Below, one piece after another: positions 35,845 to 43,015 of a stretch of 64,000 nucleotides of DNA. Source of the stretch: Lachnospiraceae bacterium. Lineage in GTDB: Bacteria; Bacillota; Clostridia; Lachnospirales; Lachnospiraceae. The position numbers and the translations under genes were made by a program. Location of the stretch: positions 19,331-83,330 of the forward strand of contig JAFUZJ010000029.1 of assembly GCA_017476665.1 (NCBI GenBank). Reading direction: 5' to 3'. The notes beneath the pieces are model-generated. The model searched no databases. It was not told the DNA's origin and was given only the letters and a program-made list of their open reading frames with translations. Every line of letters starts with the position of its first letter. Positions within the stretch are counted from its first letter, which is position 1.

Positions 35845-37218
35845 ATGTGGCTGCTTGCTATGGGTATTAGTGTGTGTGCAACAGAAGATGAAAAGGAAGA
35901 CAATGAAAATTTATATTATATCGTAACGGCAGAAGGCGGAATCGTCATAACGGGCAGTCCGAACCGGGAAGAAATCATCATTCCGGCGAAGATTAACGGT
36001 ATTTCTGTGATAGGTATTGCGGAAAAAGCTTTTTTTGGTCGAAGTGATATAAAAAATGTCACGATTCAATCAGGTGTGCGTTACGTGGGAGAAGGTGCTT
36101 TTGCAGACTGCAAATCGCTTGAGGCGATTACACTTGAAAATGGTCTTCAATATATCGGTAAAAGTGCATTTTCTGGAGATGGTGCTCTGGAGGAAATAGT
36201 AATGCCGGACAGCATGGCATTTGTCGGAGAAAATGCCTTTGGAAACTGCACAGGACTAGAGACTGTTATATTTCCTCAAGCTGCTCATGTAGACGATTAT
36301 GCTTTTGAGGGCAGCCTGTGGCAGGAGCTTCGGGATCAAGGGGATTTTCAAATCAGAGGGAGTTGTCTGCTGTCAGTTAGGGGAAGGGAGGAAGGAATCC
36401 TGGAAGTTCCTTACGGTGTCACAAGAACGGTTGATAATCCTTCTGCATCGGGATATGTTCGTGCTGTTGTGGGGCAGTATATGGTCTATGGTGATGATAT
36501 ACAGTATGAAGAAATCATACTGCCTGAGACCGTGGTCCGGCTGGGACAGGGTTCATTTAATCGCACGAAGATAGATATTAAAGAGAACGCTGACGGGGGT
36601 GCGAGAAATGTGGAGAATGGATCTGAACAACTGGATTCAGATGAATATATTGCAGAGGGAACTAAAACGGCAGATGAGATTGAATCATACTTCAAATACG
36701 ATATTTTGCAGAAGGACGCTGTAGTCATAACGAAATATCTCGGAGATGAAACTTTTGTTTTTGTTCCGGAAAGGTTGGATGGAAAGGCTGTCAGTGTCGT
36801 TGGCGAAGGCGCTTTTCAGGGAAATGACAGCATAGAACAGGTGCTTCTTCCACCGGGGATTGAAGTGATAGAGGATCAAGCCTTTCAGAATTGTCCCAGC
36901 CTGGAATATGTTGTGATGGGGACAGGACTGAAAAGCATAGGTCAGGATGCGTTTTCTAATTGTTTATATTTAAAAGAATTGAGACTGCCAGAGGGGATGA
37001 CGAGAATAGATTCTTGTATCTGCGCATATTGTCCTAATTTGGAGAAGGTGATTGTTCCGCAAAGCATGGAGAAGATATGTTCGTCGGCGTTTATGAAATG
37101 TAATAAGTTATACCTGATATATGGGAGTAACTCCTGTGCAGAGAGTTTTGCACAGAGAAATGGGCTGGTATATGTCGATCTTGAACGGATTGGGGAAGAG
37201 GGAGGACTGGTGTGGTAG
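35845..37218 (+). CDS. BspA-type leucine-rich repeat (LRR_5) protein
   Basis: The repeated pattern is IPAKINGISVIGIAEKAFFGRSDIKNVTIQSGVRYVGEGAFADCKSLEAITLENGLQYIGKSAFSG..., and it recurs in the C-terminal half. The N-terminus MWLLAMGISVCA lacks a positively charged n-region. Confidence 0.75.
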   Translation: MWLLAMGISVCATEDEKEDNENLYYIVTAEGGIVITGSPNREEIIIPAKINGISVIGIAEKAFFGRSDIKNVTIQSGVRYVGEGAFADCKSLEAITLENGLQYIGKSAFSGDGALEEIVMPDSMAFVGENAFGNCTGLETVIFPQAAHVDDYAFEGSLWQELRDQGDFQIRGSCLLSVRGREEGILEVPYGVTRTVDNPSASGYVRAVVGQYMVYGDDIQYEEIILPETVVRLGQGSFNRTKIDIKENADGGARNVENGSEQLDSDEYIAEGTKTADEIESYFKYDILQKDAVVITKYLGDETFVFVPERLDGKAVSVVGEGAFQGNDSIEQVLLPPGIEVIEDQAFQNCPSLEYVVMGTGLKSIGQDAFSNCLYLKELRLPEGMTRIDSCICAYCPNLEKVIVPQSMEKICSSAFMKCNKLYLIYGSNSCAESFAQRNGLVYVDLERIGEEGGLVW

Positions 37219-37439
37219 GGGAGAAGAAGGTACGTAAGCGTTGGATAAGCCTGATGTGCCTTATTAATACAAGGCATACAGTAGCATTGCAGGAATTGAT
37301 AAGAGCGACTGCACTTTGACGGATGCCACCGAGAGCTTTCTTGAAATATTTGAACATCCGGAAGACTGGAAGTCTAAGATCACTACAAGAACAAATTATG
37401 CAAAGGCCATATTGGATGTATTTAAAGGAGTGGGAATTG

Positions 37440-38372
37440 ATGGGCAAAATACTACGAATTAAAATCAGCATAGAGATTTTGTGTTGCCTTGTGGCGGTAA
37501 TGGCAGGCTGCGATAAGAATAGTGGAATTATGGAGAATGATAGTATTACAGAATCGCAAGGCATTGAAAGGGCATATGCACATTCAGATGGTACGGAAGA
37601 TTCTGAGAAAGAGGACGCAGAGGTCGATTTACCTTTGGAGAGTGAAACTTCCGAATCCATGAATCATGACACGGATCAGGAGGATAGATACACTCGCTAT
37701 TTTTGTTTGGAAGCGGACGATCCAGAGGTTCAAGAGCGTATTGCAGGCGCTGAGGAGGATGGCTTTATTGGTGCCACATTTATCAGGGGATTGGCTGGGT
37801 TCTCGCCTGAAAGCGATCCAACTGGTGGGATATTGTTTTACAGAAGGGACAGGGAAATCATTATAGAAAAAAATGTGGGAATGGGACTTTTACAGACAGA
37901 ACGGCTCGCGGAGGTAAAGGAAACCATTCGCGAGATGTTCATGGACATTGTACGGGAGAGAGGAAGGAATGGCAGTGATTACAAAGAGTACTTTGCAGAT
38001 GAGATTATGCTCCAGCAGATAGAAACTTTTCTAAGTACAGAGATAGAAGAGGATTGGCTGCTTCTTGAATCATTCTATCTTTCATGGTATGCAGGAAACA
38101 CAGAATCATTCTATTGGAGCAATAAAAGTGAAATCACATGGAGGGATCCGGAAAATGAGGTAACAGAAAGATTAACAGAAGCAGATACAATGTATCTGTT
38201 TGGTTTTTCATTTTATGCAGATTACCGGACAATGGAATGTGGGGAACATGACAAAGCGGCTGAAATCTATGTTGACTGTGCTGTTTCAAAGGAAACTGGC
38301 TGCATAGAGGAAATCAGTATTAGTAAAACTTATATGGACAGACATGATTTTGAAACAATGCGATGGGCATAA
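37440..38372 (+). CDS. Lipoprotein of unknown function
   Basis: The ATG at 37440 follows the RBS AAAGGAG. MGKILRIKISIEILCCLVAVMAGC gives a signal peptide plus lipobox. The track ORF from 37323 is an upstream extension. Confidence 0.65.
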   Translation: MGKILRIKISIEILCCLVAVMAGCDKNSGIMENDSITESQGIERAYAHSDGTEDSEKEDAEVDLPLESETSESMNHDTDQEDRYTRYFCLEADDPEVQERIAGAEEDGFIGATFIRGLAGFSPESDPTGGILFYRRDREIIIEKNVGMGLLQTERLAEVKETIREMFMDIVRERGRNGSDYKEYFADEIMLQQIETFLSTEIEEDWLLLESFYLSWYAGNTESFYWSNKSEITWRDPENEVTERLTEADTMYLFGFSFYADYRTMECGEHDKAAEIYVDCAVSKETGCIEEISISKTYMDRHDFETMRWA

Positions 38373-38481
38373 GTTATGTAAGAAAACTGTCTGGTAAATA
38401 AAGAGGGAAACAAGATGATAACAATATCTGGTCGCCTATTATCATAGCTCACCCTCATGGCATCACTGTATAACGGTGGAC

Positions 38482-38625
38482 ATGCAGAGCGTGGAGGTTG
38501 TATATTTTGATGATCATATTGATCTCAGCGAGGCTTTTGCAAAGAAGGTAAAGTATGGTTCCGTGCTTCACATGGAGGGCTATAGCTTTTGGATGGAAGA
38601 AGAAAATACAAATATCAGGAAGTAA
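38482..38625 (+). CDS. 47-codon ORF, possible C-terminal remnant of a larger (toxin-like?) gene
   Basis: My own translation gives MQSVEVVYFDDHIDLSEAFAKKVKYGSVLHMEGYSFWMEEENTNIRK. The frame is open from 38422. It ends 34 nt before the next gene and is below the ORF-track length cutoff. Confidence 0.25.
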   Translation: MQSVEVVYFDDHIDLSEAFAKKVKYGSVLHMEGYSFWMEEENTNIRK

Positions 38626-38659
38626 TAGATATTTATCCATAAAATAGGAGGTGGCATAA

Positions 38660-39136
38660 TTGGCAATAGAATATACGCTTTTATTAAAAGACAAAAGATT
38701 ATCGAAAGACGTTTTGATTAAAAAAATAGAATCTCTGAGTTTTTCATGCAGTAAGGTTGAACAACTAGCCAAAGGAATATGTATTAATTTAAATGAAGAA
38801 ATTGGTTTTTCAGCTTTTCTACTTGATGCAGGAAATTATCCATATAATCTTTGGGAAACAACATTTTTTGCAGGAGATTTTATATTTGAAAGGACTTTAA
38901 ATTTTAGAATGGTTATGGAATATTTAAATTTTGAGAAAAGATATAATGTTATGCTGAGAATTTTGTTTGATTTAGCTACTGAATTAAATGAGGATGCTAT
39001 ATTAGTAAGTAATTGGGATACAGAATTATGTTTATTTAGAAAAAATAAATCTATTGTGCTTAATAATGAAACTGGAGTATGGAGCAACGATTGTTTTAAG
39101 AATATTATTGTTAACAGAGATGTATATTACAAGTAA
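38660..39136 (+). CDS. Hypothetical 158-aa cytoplasmic protein in an AT-rich block (immunity-protein-like context)
   Basis: It has a TTG start with a strong RBS (AGGAGGTG). GC content is about 27-30% on the lines I counted, against about 50% in flanking genes. I recognise no family. Confidence 0.5.
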   Translation: MAIEYTLLLKDKRLSKDVLIKKIESLSFSCSKVEQLAKGICINLNEEIGFSAFLLDAGNYPYNLWETTFFAGDFIFERTLNFRMVMEYLNFEKRYNVMLRILFDLATELNEDAILVSNWDTELCLFRKNKSIVLNNETGVWSNDCFKNIIVNRDVYYK

Positions 39137-39297
39137 CATGTCTTTTCTTTGATAATGTGCAATTTGCCATATTACAATGGCATGTGAAGAGATATATTCG
39201 AGAAAAATTAAAACGATTCAGAGCATCTTAAATAATGCAGTATATTTTATATTGAAAGTAAAGTTACGAGGCAGTTGAAAAAAGGCGTCTGAAGGGT

Positions 39298-39558
39298 TTG
39301 TTCGCGAGTATAGCAACGGCGCTGGCAATAGGGGCATTTGTGATCGCGACCTTCTGGGAGGCACTCTATGCGGCGAAGGCGCTGGCATTGCAGGAAACGG
39401 GCGGTCTGTCAATTACCATGCTGTTTGGGAAAATTATTACATTGGAAGAGGTAGCGGGTTGGATGCTGCTTGGGACAGAGAGCCTTGCGACATTGAATGC
39501 CTTCTTCCAGATGAATGAACTTCTCGCTTTTTTTGGAGGATATATTGTTCCCAAGTAA
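39298..39558 (+). CDS. Small hydrophobic ORF (membrane peptide or C-terminal remnant)
   Basis: The frame is open from 39262 and the first start is a TTG with no clear RBS. It encodes FASIATALAIGAFVIATFWEALYAAKALAL...LLAFFGGYIVPK. It ends 14 nt before the next gene. Confidence 0.3.
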   Translation: MFASIATALAIGAFVIATFWEALYAAKALALQETGGLSITMLFGKIITLEEVAGWMLLGTESLATLNAFFQMNELLAFFGGYIVPK

Positions 39559-39572
39559 GGAAGAGGTGTAGG

Positions 39573-39881
39573 ATGTTATCGATAGAGGAATTGAAAAAAT
39601 ATATTAATAACGAAATCCGCACTAAATTAGGAGAAGTTTCTTGTGACAATCTGTTCTTTGCCGAAGGAACGGATAATAGTGCCGAAGGAACATATATGTT
39701 TAATAAAAAAAATGAATATCATATTCTTTATACTGAAAAAGGGAAAATAAGAAGTGATATTGTAACAAATGACCGGAGAGAGATTTTATGGAATGCGCTG
39801 GAAATACTTTCGGCTAATATCATAATGAACTTTGCAATAAGCAATAGAGAAAAGGGAAAAGATAAAATGGATGATAAATAA
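39573..39881 (+). CDS. Hypothetical 102-aa protein (immunity-protein-like size and context)
   Basis: RBS AAGGAAGAGGTG. It is AT-rich. The YHILYTEKGKIRSDIVTNDRREILWNALEIL block is reminiscent of small polymorphic-toxin immunity proteins, but I cannot assign a family. Confidence 0.45.
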   Translation: MLSIEELKKYINNEIRTKLGEVSCDNLFFAEGTDNSAEGTYMFNKKNEYHILYTEKGKIRSDIVTNDRREILWNALEILSANIIMNFAISNREKGKDKMDDK

Positions 39882-40032
39882 TAGAATGTTAATATATGAT
39901 CCATGGGATGGCTCTTATACGCTCCGCTCCGTAGAGGATGTGTTTGATAGAGGAATTTCGACGGCTTTGGGAACTGGGGCTATCAAATGGGTACAATACG
40001 TTACTTTTCATTGAAAGGAACAGGGTAGCTTC

Positions 40033-41238
40033 ATGAATAAAAAGCATTGTATACGGTATATGTTGTGTGTGCTTGTGGGTGCTATGCTTTGTGCCTGCCA
40101 GAGGACGACATCCGAAAAAGCGCCTGCTCCTGAGATGATGGAGCCGCAAAGCGGCTGGGAAGAACCAGCAGCATCGGGATCGGAGACAACCGTTCTTGAT
40201 GAATTTAATCAGGTCTTTGCCGGAATGCAGGGGGGAAGAGTAGCACTCATTTATTTGGATGATGACTCTGTGCCAGAATTGTTGATCCTTAAGGACGGTG
40301 AGTATCAGGTGTATTTTTTTGACGGTTTTGAGGCAAAGAGAATTTTGCTGCCAAATGAAATAAAGGTCAATGCCTATGGAACAAGGTATGCCATCGAAGG
40401 CACAGAAGGCAGTGAAATGACATTTTATTGGTTTGAATATGTGCCGAGGAAAGGGTTAGTGCGTATTCACGGCGGGGAGAGAGAGAAGCGTCGGGATTAT
40501 TATCTTACCTATGAGGACGGGGTGCTGAACGTAGAACTGGAGGCAGATGACGCGGGTTATACATGGAATACCTATGATGCAGAGGGAGAAATAACCAATG
40601 AAGAGTTTTCGGATCGGCTGGCAAAGTTGGGATACGATAGCCTGATTTGCTGTGCATATCTGTATGGGGATGTGGAAACAGCATATGAAAACATGGGGTA
40701 CACGGCGGATGCACACAAGGCGCTGGAGGACTTTGTGAGTGGAAAAACAGATGCAGTGGAGTCTGTGGAAAGCATATGCGAGTCACCAGAGCAGGGATTT
40801 GCGGGAAGGAATTTTGCAGCAATCAACGAAGAGGTGACAGCGGGAGAACCCTGGTGGGAGGGTATGGAGTATGTGGATTTTGATAACGATGGAGAGGATG
40901 AGCTCATCATATATGGTTATGCAGGAACACGCTTATATTTTGATGTAGTGGGTGACACGGTTTATAAAGTCTTAAAAACAGGATCAACTACGAATGTATC
41001 GTATGTTGCTGAGATGGATGGAAAGCGGGTGGTGGTAAGGACCGACCTGACTCATGGCGGGAGAAAATATTATTGGGTCATGACATACGATGGCTGCGGC
41101 TGTTTGACGGACTGGTTTGAATTAAGCGCCAAGTATGAGGGGGAGGACTATGGAGCCGGAGACAGGTATGAGTACAGGGACCGCGCAATATCCATGGAAG
41201 AGTTTGAAGCCATACGGGACAAAATTCGTAGTTTATAA
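40033..41238 (+). CDS. Lipoprotein with DxDxDG loops, paralog of the 31490 protein
   Basis: The lipobox is VGAMLCAC. LIYLDDDSVPELLIL (40246..40290) and VDFDNDGEDELIIYG (40873..) are shared with 31490. Confidence 0.65.
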   Translation: MNKKHCIRYMLCVLVGAMLCACQRTTSEKAPAPEMMEPQSGWEEPAASGSETTVLDEFNQVFAGMQGGRVALIYLDDDSVPELLILKDGEYQVYFFDGFEAKRILLPNEIKVNAYGTRYAIEGTEGSEMTFYWFEYVPRKGLVRIHGGEREKRRDYYLTYEDGVLNVELEADDAGYTWNTYDAEGEITNEEFSDRLAKLGYDSLICCAYLYGDVETAYENMGYTADAHKALEDFVSGKTDAVESVESICESPEQGFAGRNFAAINEEVTAGEPWWEGMEYVDFDNDGEDELIIYGYAGTRLYFDVVGDTVYKVLKTGSTTNVSYVAEMDGKRVVVRTDLTHGGRKYYWVMTYDGCGCLTDWFELSAKYEGEDYGAGDRYEYRDRAISMEEFEAIRDKIRSL

Positions 41239-41334
41239 GGTAAAAAGATTTATATTATTAAGCGATAGTAATTTTATAATTATTAAATATTTATAAAATA
41301 TACATTTGGAACGGCAAGAGTATATGACTATTCA

Positions 41335-41595
41335 TTGACTATGCATTCTCACAACAGCATTATTAAGGTAGATGACAAATTTCAGGCAGAATGGGAATTC
41401 ACTGTTTATGTAAAGCCCTATAGCGAGGAGGAGATGAATTTTTTTGTCGGGATTCCGGCATGCGAGATAGAGGAGACGGATGTATCGCTGACTCCTAAGA
41501 TGAAGGCGCAGGGGTATTATACGACATATGACCGTATGTTTTATTTCAGGGTTACGGAGGCGCAGTATGAGACTTTCCTAAGTTTCTTGCTATGA
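41335..41595 (+). CDS. Hypothetical 86-aa protein (start uncertain)
   Basis: This is an open frame with a TTG/ATG start choice and a weak RBS, downstream of an AT-rich spacer. Confidence 0.3.
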   Translation: MTMHSHNSIIKVDDKFQAEWEFTVYVKPYSEEEMNFFVGIPACEIEETDVSLTPKMKAQGYYTTYDRMFYFRVTEAQYETFLSFLL

Positions 41596-41674
41596 GGGGG
41601 CATCAGAATGAGCCGATGATGTCTGAGGAGTGGATATATATCTTTGAGAAAAAATTGTAGAGGTTGGGGAGATT

Positions 41675-42802
41675 ATGAGAGGAAAGAGAGTGCTGGGTCT
41701 GCTTTTGCTCTGTATTTTTTGCAGTAGCTGCGTATTGGACAGCGGGAATGTAAGTTTAGACACAGAGGGCACAGAACATAGTATTACACAGATAGAAGAT
41801 GTTGTTTATTCCATGCATAGGGAAGCGGGAGAGGGGAGATTTTTTGATGTGGAGATTCATTACCCGCAGTTGGCAGATGGGACAGAAGAGAAAAAGGCGG
41901 CTGTAAATGAACGGTTAAAGGATGCGGCATTTGCCATATATGGAGCGAATGCGGAGACAGAAATAGAAGCATTGAATGCGGAATTTGAAAAAATGGATCG
42001 TAACGAGTCATTGAATGTTACCTATGAATTGTTGGAGGTTAATGAGGAAGCTATTAGTGTGGTTTATAGTGTTGATAGTTTTGACGGAAGCAGACCTTAT
42101 ATGCAACAATATATGGTTACTGTGGATAGGCAGAAAGGGCAGTATCTATATTTTGATGATGTGGAGGTCGCTTTAGGTGAAAAGTTTCCAGACATACCGA
42201 AGGCGTATTATAAGGTTTTGAAACAGTATGAGGACATTCTGAAAGAAAAGAATCTGAATATCAATGACTGTATGGAAAAATTTTATGTCGGGGGCGAGTG
42301 GGAGTATGTAGATATGGAATTGTATGTCGCAGGCTGGGATGATGGTATTTATTACAGCTTGTATGATCTGACGGGAGACGGATTTCCGGAATTGCTCATG
42401 GGGTGGATGGATTCGGTGGAGACAGTTTATTGGCCTTATGTGATGTATACTGTCGGTGATGGGGAAACAATAGAAAAATATACTTTCGGAGCGATGCCGA
42501 CGGTGGTCTGTGATAACGGAGCAATCATTACCTATGGTCATGTCGAGTATGTGATGATCATGCAGTTTCAGGCAGACACCGGACAATGGAGATACGTGGA
42601 CGTGTGGTCTGAGGATAATGTGGATGTATGGTCTGAGGAGAGACCGGAGGACATCAAGAGGTATTATAGCAGAGAATGCGAGGGGGAGTATACTCTTGAG
42701 AAAGGGGAGCAGAAAGAGGAAATATCGCAGATGGACTACAATCGTATCATAGATCAATACAAAACGACACCGGTCATGTTGGAGTGGGCATTGTTTCATT
42801 GA
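41675..42802 (+). CDS. Lipoprotein: N-terminal DUF4163/DUF3298-like (RsiV ectodomain-like) module plus a C-terminal DxDxDG-loop module
   Basis: The lipobox is LLCIFCSSC. FFDVEIHYPQLADGTEEKKAAVNERLKDAAF is the characteristic opening of DUF4163-type domains (from memory). YDLTGDGFPELLMG lies at 42362... Confidence 0.6.
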   Translation: MRGKRVLGLLLLCIFCSSCVLDSGNVSLDTEGTEHSITQIEDVVYSMHREAGEGRFFDVEIHYPQLADGTEEKKAAVNERLKDAAFAIYGANAETEIEALNAEFEKMDRNESLNVTYELLEVNEEAISVVYSVDSFDGSRPYMQQYMVTVDRQKGQYLYFDDVEVALGEKFPDIPKAYYKVLKQYEDILKEKNLNINDCMEKFYVGGEWEYVDMELYVAGWDDGIYYSLYDLTGDGFPELLMGWMDSVETVYWPYVMYTVGDGETIEKYTFGAMPTVVCDNGAIITYGHVEYVMIMQFQADTGQWRYVDVWSEDNVDVWSEERPEDIKRYYSRECEGEYTLEKGEQKEEISQMDYNRIIDQYKTTPVMLEWALFH

Positions 42803-43015
42803 GCAGGAGGGAAAGAGAAAAGCAGTGAGGATTTGGAAGTTTTGTCTGGATTTGTCATGATATTTATGGTGGGGTTATGGAAAGAAATATGCGGCGAAGA
42901 CATGTTCGAAGCGAAACAGAAAAACGAGTTGAAGTTTTGACAGCTATATGTTAGTATTTTAAATGGAGAATTATGTTTTTTGATAGAGTTGATTTATTTG
43001 AAAGGAGGCTCGCAT

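Noticed and set aside
38455-38772. Minus-strand 105-codon ORF in the AT-rich block. ORFs 38836..39087, 39218..39412 and 39889..40149 on the minus strand are similar.
   Set aside because: They have no RBS. They overlap plus-strand ORFs that do have strong RBSs. Long open frames are expected by chance only where stop codons are depleted, and their translations are Ile/Leu/Phe/Lys junk typical of AT-rich antisense.
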